A DNA stretch of 64,000 nucleotides from Octopus bimaculoides (Eukaryota), in NCBI RefSeq assembly GCF_001194135.2, contig NC_068987.1, positions 106,035,545-106,099,544 on the forward strand, in the 5' to 3' direction. This document shows positions 27,021 through 39,150 of the stretch, piece after piece. How positions within the stretch are numbered: position 1 is the first letter of the stretch; each line of letters starts with the position of its first letter. The notes below the pieces were generated by a model. It searched no databases. It saw nothing but the letters and a program-made list of their open reading frames with translations, and was not told the DNA's origin. The translations under genes were made by a program, and so were the position numbers.

Positions 27021-27499
27021 TATTTCGTTCCCAGTTCTCGGGGAACGAAATATCAAACTTCTCAGTTTTGCGGTTTATCTCACCAGGCATGAAAAATAAA
27101 CGTGCATCCTTTGGTTTCGCTCTTGAGTATTATTGTTGCTCAGTCAGCTTAATTACGTTGTACCAAGATTAGCGTGGACGTTGCCAAGTATACATGAGAC
27201 AAGTTTGACCACATCGTAATCCTGGGACAGCGTATAGCATGGCTGTCCTTGTTAGTTACAGTTACAGTCTATCAGATGAGCTTCCACAGTTACCGTCTAC
27301 TCTATTTCAAATAAAAGTTTGTGTTGACCGAAGAAGAATATGGGGAAGATACTCGGCCGTGCGCTCGTGTGGATCAGTAAATTCAAGCGATCTACCGAAT
27401 TAAAGATACCAGAAGGAAATTGACTTTGAAAAAAAAAAAAACACCAACTAGAGATGGTTTCCGTCATAAAAAAAAAATGAGGAATGCTTTGTCTTTCAC

Positions 27500-27700
27500 C
27501 TTTTAATTGTTTCAGTCATTTGGCAGCGGCCGAGCTGGAGCAACTCCTTGAAGGGTTTTGTCCAAGTAATCGACTCCCTGTTCTTAATTTTAAGTCTAAT
27601 AATTATTCTATCGATTTCTTTGGCCTAACCGTTAAGTTACGGGGATGTACACACACCAACACTGATTGTCAACAACTGCAGTGGAAAACACAAAATCATA
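27500..27700 (-). mobile_element. Family A SINE 3' half, degenerate
   Basis: TTGTTTCAGTCATTTGG..GCTGGAGC..AAGTTACGGGGATGTACACACACCAAC matches the 1-110 and 5853-6000 half. Confidence 0.7.
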
Positions 27701-28518
27701 CACACACGCACGCACGCACGCACGCACACATACACACACACACATACATATAGGGTGTGTGTGTGTTTGTGTGTGTGTATGTGTGTATGTATATATATAT
27801 ATATATATATATGCGAGTAAAAATAAATACAAAAAAGGTGGGGTTTTTTTGTATGATTGTGTATAGAGGAATATATTATTCTACTTAAAAGAGTTCCAAC
27901 ACTGTCTGTTTTTTATGTTTTATTTATATTCCTGCAGAACTAATGTGGGGTATAGAATATGGAATATACAATATATAATATGATATACAATATACAATAT
28001 AAAATAAAATAACATAAAAATGGATGGCACCATGAAAGAAAGTATTGAATGTAGATGAAATATTGAGTGTTCAATATAAAGGATCAAATATATAAATATA
28101 TAAATATAAATATATATATATAAAGGCGACTCGAGTTTCAGGGNNNNNNNNNNNNNNNNNNNNNNNNNNNNNNNNNNNNNNNNNNNNNNNNNNNNNNNNN
28201 NNNNNNNNNNNNNNNNNNNNNNNNNNNNNNNNNNNNNNNNNNNNNNNNNNNNNNNNNNNNNNNNNNNNNNNNNNNNNNNNNNNNNNNNNNNNNNNNNNNN
28301 NNNNNNNNNNNNNNNNNNNNNNNNNNNNNNNNNNNNNNNNNNNNNNNNNNNNNNNNNNNNNNNNNNNNNNNNNNNNNNNNNNNNNNNNNNNNNNNNNNNN
28401 NNNNNNNNNNNNNNNNNNNNNNNNNNNNNNNNNNNNNNNNNNNNNNNNNNNNNNNNNNNNNNNNNNNNNNNNNNNNNNNNNGTATGTATGTATGTATGTA
28501 TGTATGTATGTATGCATG

Positions 28519-28571
<53 letters not shown>

Positions 28572-29047
28572 TGGGATTTTGCACGGTTTCCGGCTATCCA
28601 AATTCACCCACAAAGCATTGGTCAGCCAGGACTTTTTGTAGAAGTACTTACTTAACGCTTTACGCAGTGAAAATCAACCGGAAGTCACGATGCTGTGCAG
28701 TGATTTCTTATGTTTTATGCTGGAATCTTCTTTTAACGAACAAAAATATATTGTAATATTGCGAACCTCAACTTTATGCAAGGCAATGATAATGATTGTC
28801 TGCAAAAATGCACGAGCTATTGTCATTGCAGCTACAAGTTTTCGGATTATTATCGAAATTTTCAGACATGAAACATTTTTAAAAAAAATAATTACAGTAA
28901 TGGAATTGCAGAACAAAGAACCATGTGTTAAATTTCTTTATATTCAGTTAAATTATATTATGTTACGTTTATGAATTTGTTTTGCTACTTTCTTGATGTG
29001 AAATCATTTGTTGAAACAGATATTGTTATATTTCGTGTTGATCACTA

Positions 29048-29292
29048 TTTTGTTGCCAAATAAACACACGCACTATATATTCGTTCTTCACTTGTTTATT
29101 GTTCTTATTTTACCTTATGTCCAGTGTCTGGAATTCTTTCGTTACACATCTGTGACCTCTTCAGGGAATCTTCCATCCTACGTGTATCCTCCTGTCCTGT
29201 TGATCGATGGGATATTTCCTAACAATAAACAAGAATAACCATGAGCGGATGAAGAACGAATGTAGAGTGCGTGTGTTTATTTGGCAAGAAAA
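29048..29292 (-). mobile_element. ~245-bp mini-element with inverted terminal arms and an internal HHR-like motif
   Basis: 29048-29090 is the reverse complement of 29250-29292 (3 mismatches in 43 bp), and 29091-29103 of 29221-29233. Minus strand 29164-29131 reads CTGAAGA G GTCACA gatg TGTAAC GAAA GAATTC. Confidence 0.75.
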
Positions 29293-30782
29293 CATGACCG
29301 TCCCGAAATATAACAACATATTTAGTTAAATTCATTTAGATTCAGCTTTGCATTTCATCTCTGTAGGTTGATAAATCTAGTCCTGTTCAAGTACCAACAC
29401 TATACAGTTTATTTCCTCGGAAAAGAAATGTAATGTCCTTTGACTGCTAGCAATTGAGATCTAAAGGTGGGAGGAATGAGGGACACAAATGTCTTGTGGC
29501 AGTCAGTAACGGATTTTGCATCTGTTTTTAAATCTCTGTTCAAATTCCAGTCTAGTCGACTTCCCAGTATCCATAGTAATGGCCGGTAATCTTAGATACT
29601 ACAAAAGACTTAGAGGAGGGCTGCACCAAGAATCGTTTATCAGTGCTTCACCGATTTCGATGGAAGTGGGTACGGAGGTTATTTTCTAATCAGAGACACT
29701 GGCTAGAATATACCCCCAACTAAATGCGCACAGTAACTGAAGCCAGTCCGCCTATGAAGTTTCCACTTGTGTACTAGCTTTGCTCAACACAGGGCCATAG
29801 TATATGGTATATTCTCAAGATACACAGTTGGATTGGACTCAAAATAATATTGCTAAGACGCGAACTTCTTAACCGTATGTTGGCCTCTAAAGACGTTCAA
29901 ACTGGAGCATCGTTTAATATGAGGGAATATATCAGTGAACTGAACCTATATTTCTGTTTCAAACCCCGCTAAAAGGACGTCTCTCTTCTTGGGAAAACAT
30001 CAATTATCACTTATTCGGCTCATCTTCTGAATATATCCGTTCTTCGTTGCTTTAGCACATCCCATATTGTTTGAAGAATTCAGATGAGGTCACCGAGATC
30101 GGTAAATGGAAACGAAGAAGTCTATTCTCAGAATGCAGATCTGAGAATGATCCCTGCAACAATTGGGATGGATTAAAGGTCTACAAAATGTCAATGAATG
30201 GTTTTTAGCTGTTCGGTAGATTAAGTCTACCATTCAAAGACATAAGCAATTCCATACAACGAGGTTCTGCTTAATTTCCGACAGCGAAGTTTCAGTCACA
30301 TGCCTTTGGCCAATCCGAAGCTATAGCAGGAGACTCTTGCATGGTCGTGACACCGAACTACCTTACTGCAAAACAAACTTTTTTGAAATATACAAATACT
30401 CCTGGTCTGTCTTCATAAAAGATGTGGTGATATATCCTATACTATACACAAATATTGTTTTCTCTTTCTTTAACCAGCGGTCAACCGAAATTGAGCATAC
30501 ATATCGTGGAAAATATTACGTTCCCTTTAGTAATGTTGGCCTATATTATCCAACGGGTCTTTCTTCTGCAACACAATAAGGCGGGATTTTAGTCATGATG
30601 TTACTAATTCAAACGTGTAGAAGGAAACTGATTGCCTCAATTCTTTGGTTACTCTGTAGTAATTCTTTCAAAATATGACTGAATTAGTTCTATATTTAAG
30701 AGATGAGAAATTATGTATATTTATTAAATTATCTACATTATTTACATTTGACAGATATTTGCCCTCATCATCTTTGTTGTTT

Positions 30783-30829
30783 ACAGAACGTTTTGGCTGA
30801 TATACCCTCCAGCCTTCATCAGGTGTCTT
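30783..30829 (-). ncRNA. Minimal type-I hammerhead ribozyme, degenerate copy 1
   Basis: GACAC CTGATGA A GGCTG gagggtatat CAGCC AAAA C GTT CTGT: perfect stem II and CUGAUGA intact, but G12 is mutated to A and stem I is disrupted. Confidence 0.75.
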
Positions 30830-30874
30830 GGGGGAAATTTCGAATCTGGCTTCTCATTCCTAAGGTATTTTCGA

Positions 30875-30925
<51 letters not shown>

Positions 30926-31192
30926 GTTTTTTTCTTCTTTCTTCAAATTTTCTTCCATTTCTCGCCGAGTGTCTTCCGTACACCTAGGGCATTGTACGCT
31001 TTCCCAGTTTACACACGCAAAATCATAGGTAAAATATGCATGCAAAAAAATTAATAAACAAATAAATTCCTGAATGGATATTGTTTTCACAGCGATAATG
31101 CTCTTCTCAGTACATGAGTCGTTCCAGTTAACACGATTTTTTGCACTTCCTGTAGGGATGGTAAGTCTGGTATCATTTTCAAATAGGTTTCT
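30926..31192 (-). mobile_element. R4/Dong-type LINE extreme 3' end
   Basis: ETYLKMIPDLPSLQEVQKIVLTGTTHVLRRALSL* (stop 31089-31087) plus 3' UTR, bracketed by (TAA)n on both sides; homologous to 33299-33580. Confidence 0.8.
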
Positions 31193-31202
31193 ATTATTAT
31201 TA

Positions 31203-31233
<31 letters not shown>

Positions 31234-32276
31234 TATTCAGGCCAATGCCTGGAATCGAACTCGGAATCTTGTGGTCAGTTGCCCGCACTCTTAACCACTA
31301 CACCATAACAACAAACAAGATGAGGACAAATATCCTTCAAATGTAAATAATGTATAAATTCCATTAAAATTAACCCTATGGTGATATAGAGGGAGAAGGA
31401 GAAAGTGAGGTTTTATTAAAGACGTTTAGTAAAATGTGGTGTTTCGAAACAAATAAGGTAGCGATTTGGCAAAGATATTAGAAGGGCAGATCGGATGTAT
31501 TGCAACATTTTATAAGAGATAGATAGATAGATGGATGGATGGATAGAGAGGGAAAGAGCGAGATAAATTAATTCAAGTGCTTCACTAATACAGAAAGCTG
31601 AGCTCGGTGAGATTTGAACTCAGAGAATAGAAGGCCAGCAGAAATGTTGCAATATTTTCAATCTGTTCCACTAACGTCTTTACGAATTTGCTACCTTACA
31701 TGCTTCGAATCACCAACATTTTTTTATGGGAATCATTGAATAAAACTTCCCCTTCTCTGTTTTCTTCTTTTCGTCACCACCCACTTAGATTTGATGGAAT
31801 TTTACGCTTTCACTTTTGCGATTTCTTTATTCATTAACGCATTTTCTATAAATAATCATGCATTTGGTGTTTGCCAAAGGAAAAAGCGAGGAAAAATAAA
31901 TTAATATATAAATACACAAATACAAGACGATAGGAAAAAATACAATAAAAAACACTCAGACTTAAATGGTGCTTCTGGCTATCAACGTAAGATTTCAATT
32001 AAAACTCTGATCATCACATAATTATTAATTATTTCAGTCAAATAACTTGTTTGTCTTAGGGACCAATGAGCATGTATACGCACAGCGAATGGAAACTGGG
32101 GATCTGACGTAAGCAATATCCCCAGATATGACACACAACAGTTCAAACACATCGAACCAGGCATTCCATCGTACACTGAAATATTCATGGGCATGCTTAC
32201 ACCTTTATCTCTTCTTTTTGTTTTTTCGAAGAGCAGAAAATATCACATTATTGGCGTAATATAAATGAAGCGACTA

Positions 32277-32487
32277 AGGTGACGTGGTGGCAGAAGCATT
32301 AGCACACTAGGCGAAATCCTTAGCGGTATTTCGTTTGTTTTTCTGTTCTGAGTTCAAATTCCGCCGAGGTCGACTTTGCCTTTCATCCTTTCGGAGTCGA
32401 TAAATTAAGTACCAGTTTCGTACTGGAATCGATCTAACCGACTGACCCCCTCCTCAAAAATTTCGGGCCTTGAGAATAGAAAAGAAT
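32277..32487 (+). mobile_element. Family B SINE with AAATTTCGGGCCTTG tail
   Basis: GGCAGAAGCATTAGCAC..GTTCTGAGTTCAAATTCCGCCGAGGTCGACTTTGCCTTTCATCCTTTCGGAGTCGATAAATTAAGTACC. Confidence 0.85.
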
Positions 32488-32821
32488 TTAAATGAAATGA
32501 CTCTTTACATGATGTTGACATTATTACTAAATTCCTGTCCTACAGCTAATATAGACTAAATTATTAAGATAATCTAAATTATTTTAAATGCCTAGTTGCA
32601 AGATTACGCCAGATAAGCTTAGTCCTATGGTTTGTTATATGTAATAACCAAATATTTTTCTAATAACGTGCTGACATCGTGAAAAAAATTATATCTAATT
32701 ATGTTCTCCCTATAACATGAAAAGGACAAGATGTTGTAGATTGGAATGTGATATTTTTCATGGCTGTTCTGAATATGACTAACCTAGGGCTAAACAGCAT
32801 TCACAATAAGTACAACAACAG

Positions 32822-32853
<32 letters not shown>

Positions 32854-33178
32854 GCTACTACTACTACAAACAAAACTCGTTGTTAAACATAATTAGAATG
32901 AGGCTTGCGTAAAATACATGCAATATTCATGTAAAATATATAACATTACGGTTTTATTTCTCAGATATTTCGAGAGATCATCAGACAATGCAGTGGCAGT
33001 TTTCAAGCGTTACCCATTTCTCTTAAGAGAGGTAACCAACTAATAGATAAACTAATAAGCGTACTGCATTGTACAGTCGCCGGCTTCATTGCCAAGAATA
33101 TTTACTAATTCAGTCATTTGTTACAATATTTACATTATTTACATTTTACGGATATTTGTCCTCATCTTGTTTGTTGTT

Positions 33179-33226
33179 AACACACCGTTTCGGTTGATAT
33201 ACCATCCAGCCTTCATCAGGTATCTT
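33179..33226 (-). ncRNA. Minimal type-I hammerhead ribozyme, degenerate copy 2
   Basis: GATAC CTGATGA A GGCTG gatggtatat CAACC GAAA C GGT GTGTT: CUGAUGA and GAAA intact, cleavage triplet altered (GGU). Lies within a module (33127-33274) homologous to 30735-30876. Confidence 0.8.
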
Positions 33227-33298
33227 GGGGAAATTTCGAAGCTGTGTTCTCATTCCTAAGGTATTTTTCGCTGCTATTATTATTATTATTATTATTAT

Positions 33299-34600
33299 AT
33301 TTTTTCTTCTTTCTTCAAATTTTCTTCCATTTCTCGCCGAGTGTTTTCTGTATACCTAGGGCAGAGAAGCTCATTGTATGCATTCCAGTTTACACACGCA
33401 AATTCACAGGTAAAATGTGTATGTAAAAAAGTTAATAGATAAATAAATTCATGAATGGATGTTGTTTTCACAGCGATAATGCTCTTCTCAGTACATGAGT
33501 CGTTCTAGTTAACACAATTTTTTGCACTTCCTGTAGGGATGGTAGGCCTGGTATCATTTTCAAGTAGGTTTCAGTACCTTGTTTTAATCATTCCTAGAGA
33601 TCCTACAATCACTGGTACGGTAGTCAACTTGAGATGCCACATTTTTTCAATTTCTATTAGCAAGTCTTTATATTTACTGATCTTGTCAAATTCTTTCGCC
33701 GCTATATTGTGATCACAAGGAATACTCATGTCAATTAATAAGATTTTCATAGGAGGAGTCTTTCCGAGCAATAAGGATTTATTTCCTCATGATTCCCTCA
33801 AGTATAACGCCTGTGAGTTCGAAGCAAACTTGTGATTTACACCGGATAGTTCAAACATTCGCCTGCTGTACCGTAGTTTTTCACTCACCGTCTTCTGCTT
33901 GTATTTTAGAGTAATAAGATTTCGCTCAAGAGCTTCGTGTAAAGAGTCATCAAAGAGCTTTGTTAATTATTCATAAAATGTAATTGGTGAGGTGTAAATT
34001 CATTAAACCCCTTACATCTTATTAGCGTGGTTATTCATCCAATATGGCAACATAGATTGTTGATGCTCTCTTCAAGTTTTGCTTTCCATCCAATTGCTTC
34101 CGTTAAGTAATTTCCTTACCATATGCACAGCAGAATTCTCTTTGGTGTTCTTAGTGAGAGATAGCAGCTGTGTATATTAGAGTATTAATATTCCAGTAAT
34201 GAACATCGCATGGTTCCTTGTACTCTCCACAGCCATCATCGATAACTTTCAATATAAAAGCAGTGGGATTTTTCCTTCAAACTTGTTGAGAATGGCCTGT
34301 CGCTCAACGGTCGTTTTGGAAAAGTAGAAAAAGGCTTTTTTTTTTAAAACTAACTGTGGTTTCAAGATGTCTTTCACTTGGATATATTCAACATTCGACT
34401 CTCCTGACTCAGGTACATTTTGAAGACATGACAATCCAGTGATGGCAGCATGAAAATCTAGTGATAATGGTTTGCTTATACCTTTTTTATCTCTCTTCTG
34501 GCAGATTTTGGCCAGTTCTCAGTGTTTTGAGAAGATTGATTATCATCACAAAAGGAAGGCAATTTTTCAAAGAAAGATGCTTGTTACCTAAACCATTTCA
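33299..34600 (-). mobile_element. R4/Dong-type (restriction-like endonuclease, REL) LINE relic with apparent internal deletion of the RT
   Basis: REL C-terminus LLIDMSIPCDHNIAAKEFDKISKYKDLLIEIEKMWHLKLTTVPVIVGSLGMIK/GTETYLKMIPGLPSLQEVQKIVL..VLRRALSL* (stop 33470-33468). Upstream eroded blocks INTLIYTAAISL, WKAKLEESINNL and LKYKQKTVSEKLRYSRRMF..NHKFASN resemble pre-RT R4 sequence. The 5' limit is approximate. Confidence 0.75.
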
Positions 34601-34662
34601 CCGTTAAGGTGTTTAAGTTGGGGTGAGACTCATCACAGTATTATGTATCTATGTATGCATGC

Positions 34663-34770
34663 ATGTCATTATTCAGTTTCATTTCAGGATTTCTTGCAAA
34701 TAGAGAAAGTATCATATTGTAACCTAGATCCACGACTCCTTCATTGGAATTTCAACATCAAGAACAAAGT
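34663..34770. repeat. Second copy of the (TATG)n-embedded repeat
   Basis: Aligns by eye with 6018-6123. Confidence 0.75.
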
Positions 34771-35209
34771 ATTTTTGTACGTGTGCATGTATGTATGTAT
34801 GTATGTATGCATGTATGTATGTATATATGTGTGTATGTGTGTATGTATGTATGTTTACTAGCAGATTTGTATGTTTTGTTTCACGTATGTCTTCCCATGC
34901 ACATACTTAAATATCTAGACATGCTCATGTATACTTAAATGATAAACTTCTGAAAAGTTTTACACATTTTTACAGTTCCTGTGGTGGCTTGGAACTGTAG
35001 TCTTCGAATCAGCTTTATCCTTTCTGGTCTTGAGAATCTTAATTTCTCAAGGCAATGTGTTACATATCCCAGTGCCCCAGTGTATGTATGTATGTATGAA
35101 TTATAAGATATACTTATAAATAAATATATATATATATATATATCTATATATACACACATGTTTATATATGGACACACGCGCACACACACGCGCACACACA
35201 CGCGCGCGC

Positions 35210-35253
<44 letters not shown>

Positions 35254-36024
35254 NNNNNNNNNNNNNNNNNNNNNNNNNNNNNNNNNNNNNNNNNNNNNNN
35301 NNNNNNNNNNNNNNNNNNNNNNNNNNNNNNNNNNNNNNNNNNNNNNNNNNNNNNNNNNNNNNNNNNNNNNNNNNNNNNNNNNNNNNNNNNNNNNNNNNNN
35401 NNNNNNNNNNNNNNNNNNNNNNNNNNNNNNNNNNNNNNNNNNNNNNNNNNNNNNNNNNNNNNNNNNNNNNNNNNNNNNNNNNNNNNNNNNNNNNNNNNNN
35501 NNNNNNNNNNNNNNNNNNNNNNNNNNNNNNNNNNNNNNNNNNNNNNNNNNNNNNNNNNNNNNNNNNNNNNNNNNNNNNNNNNNNNNNNNNNNNNNNNNNN
35601 NNNNNNNNNNNNNNNNNNNNNNNNNNNNNNNNNNNNNNNNNNNNNNNNNNNNNNNNNNNNNNNNNNNNNNNNNNNNNNNNNNNNNNNNNNNNNNNNNNNN
35701 NNNNNNNNNNNNNNNNNNNNNNNNNNNNNNNNNNNNNNNNNNNNNNNNNNNNNNNNNNNNNNNNNNNNNNNNNNNNNNNNNNNNNNNNNNNNNNNNNNNN
35801 NNNNNNNNNNNNNNNNNNNNNNNNNNNNNNNNNNNNNNNNNNNNNNNNNNNNNNNNNNNNNNNNNNNNNNNNNNNNNNNNNNNNNNNNNNNNNNNNNNNN
35901 NNNNNNNNNNNNNNNNNNNNNNNNNNNNNNNNNNNNNNNNNNNNNNNNNNNNNNNNNNNNNNNNNNNNNNNNNNNNNNNNNNNNNNNNNNNNNNNNNNNN
36001 NNNNNNNNNNNNNNNNNNNNNNNN

Positions 36025-36086
<62 letters not shown>

Positions 36087-36874
36087 CATTGTAAAAAGAT
36101 CTAATACTAATATGGGGAATAAATTCTAAGATTTGAAGAATGGGAAGTAGGGATAAAGGAGAGAGGCTCGGAGAAAGAAACGCGGGGATAAGGAAAGAAA
36201 GGTTGAAGGTGAGTAAAAAAATCTGAGTATTTGAAAGAAAGAGATTTTAAATAAGGAAAGGAAATAAGGAGAGTACTGCAAGAAGAATCGTCGAGCGATG
36301 ACCAAACACTTTAATACTCCTCATGATTCAATTGGTCTCAGATACACATAAAGTTTTCTACCTAAATTCCTGTGACAGAAACTTAATATATTACTCCTGG
36401 TAGATATTTAAACGCCCTAACAAATAATATACCTCCAGCTGCGCAATGGCAAAGTTTTATTCTACCTTCCTCCCAAAAGATGTATAATCATTTCGTTTTG
36501 TCCCTCTTGTGTCTTCTCTTGGCAGACTAATACATCAAACACTGACGATCTAGGGATATGAACAACTGTTCTGCATTATCCGGTTAATAAGTTAGCTGCT
36601 TTTAATTTAATCACAGCACAGGACATAAATACTCAGCGAAACATCTAGATGTCCCATGCGACATTATGAAGCAAATATTCCATGCTTTATTGTTATGGTA
36701 CATCTGAAGTAGATTATTTCAGTTCGTTTAATAGACTAGGAAGAATAGTCGACTTGTTAAACTCTAGTGTATTCCAAGTGATTCAGCTAAGATGAACTGA
36801 AATTTTACGGCTTAGTCTCACGGCCATTTCTCTACAACAACAACAACAACAACAACTACTACTACTACTACTAT

Positions 36875-36922
<48 letters not shown>

Positions 36923-37089
36923 ACAGACACAGGCACACACACACACACATACACACACAAGAGCTGAAATACAGGCACACATACGCACATACGAACATAC
37001 GCACACACATAAATAAGTAGATAGATAGATGGAGAGATAGATAGCCAAAGATTTAAAGACAGTTCGATATGCGAGTTAGTATAATTATG

Positions 37090-37150
<61 letters not shown>

Positions 37151-37471
37151 ATGTTATATATAAAAACTGATGTTATATATATATATATATNNNNNNNNNN
37201 NNNNNNNNNNNNNNNNNNNNNNNNNNNNNNNNNNNNNNNNNNNNNNNNNNNNNNNNNNNNNNNNNNNNNNNNNNNNNNNNNNNNNNNNNNNNNNNNNNNN
37301 NNNNNNNNNNNNNNNNNNNNNNNNNNNNNNNNNNNNNNNNNNNNNNNNNNNNNNNNNNNNNNNNNNNNNNNNNNNNNNNNNNNNNNNNNNNNNNNNNNNN
37401 NNNNNNNNNNNNNNNNNNNNNNNNNNNNNNNNNNNNNNNNNNNNNNNNNNNNNNNNNNNNNNNNNNNNNNN

Positions 37472-37506
<35 letters not shown>

Positions 37507-38249
37507 GTCTGTATGTGTCTACACAAACATACAGACACACTCATACACACACATAGAGACACACACACGCATAGGTATATATATATATATATATATTTAC
37601 GTGAATGTGTGCATAGTCTAAGCAGCTTAAGTGGGAAAACAGGCGCTCGTATATTTGTCAATTGAACAGGTATATTCGTATTTACACAATGCAGCATTAT
37701 ATATGGATTTTAGCCAAATTTACCTATCGGTTTTTCAAGTATGACTTAGGGGAAAAATCTAATCCTGGCGTTCATCAGAATGAGTTGAAGGAAAAGTATG
37801 AGTGTACTATTCGTACATTCCTATGTATACACACACACAAACACACGCACATGTATATATGTATGTATTATATGTCTGCTTGTACATACACAAAAACACA
37901 CACACGCACACACATAGACCCGTACACATATATATCTATGTGTGTGTGTATATTCATGTGCGGATAGATGTTGTATATGCTTATGTGAATGCAAGCCTCA
38001 AGCAAAGGACTATCATAACAATAAACAGAATGATTGACATTCAACATTTCGTGACACTGAAAAGTAATTTCAGTATTGTCAAGCGATTTCTGCTGGAGAA
38101 TATCTTCTTCATACACCGATTACCTGTAAAATTTCTTCCGAAATTCATACTTAACGACGTATATGTCAGCATGACGAAACTTGTTAGAAACAGATCTCCC
38201 ATTACACAAAAGATACATCTTGCTCATAGATTATCAGTATTACTTGTGA

Positions 38250-38500
<251 letters not shown>

Positions 38501-39005
38501 GATGGCTAGATAGATAAATAGATAGATATATAAATAGCGAGATATAGATATGGGGATATATATATATATACATTTATACAAGCACACACACACACACACA
38601 CACATGTTTGAAGGATAATCTTTTTGAAATTTGAAAGATTTATTTAAAACATTCGTTGAAAACGGAACCCAAATACACACATATATATATACACAAGCAT
38701 TTTCACACATATATGATGTAAGCCTGAGGGCACCTTTTATGGAATCCCGTTGTTGCCCATGGAGTAGATGTTCTCTATCCTCAACAATGATCGTTTTCTT
38801 GGGGAAGAGAAGCTCGGTGCAAACATCGCCGTCGGCAAACTGAAAACAGAGTGACGCAGGAGAAATATCGCAGGGCTTTACGACCGATGTTCAAATTATT
38901 TTCCCTATCAATCTATCTTGAAGTTTAACACAATGCCGGAGTATGTCTTCCCGTCTTTCTCTGTGTGCGGTTAGATTATGGAAACTGTATTACTACTACC
39001 TGTTT

Positions 39006-39150
39006 TTCTTCTTCTTCTTCTTCTTCTTCTTCTTCTTCTTCTTCTTCTTCTTCTTCTTCTTCTTCTTCTTCTTCTTCTTCTTCTTCTTCTTCTTCTTCTT
39101 CTTCTTCTTCTTCTTCTTTCCTCTTCTTCCTCCTCCTCCTCCTCCTCCTC
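39006..39150. repeat. (TTC)n/(TCC)n microsatellite
   Basis: Directly visible, >100 bp of near-pure TTC. Confidence 0.95.

Larger units (their letters stand above)
30686..31362 (-). mobile_element. Composite element: inverted tail, tRNA-like head, (TAA)n, LINE 3' end, (TAA)n, HHR module
   Basis: Minus-strand order: 31362-31306 inverted copy of 30726-30783; 31306-31238 head (TGGTGTAGTGGTTAAG..GAGTTCGATTCC); (TAA)n; LINE 31192-30926; (TAA)n 30925-30877; HHR module 30876-30686. Confidence 0.85.

Noticed and set aside
31238-31306. tRNA gene
   Set aside because: A and B boxes are present but there is no complete cloverleaf or acceptor stem; this and the other tRNA-like heads are SINE heads.
38030-38215. 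Minus-strand ~60-aa frame with a GPCR TM7-like look
   Set aside because: Motif spacing does not fit, and the opposite strand is also open; no other helices found.
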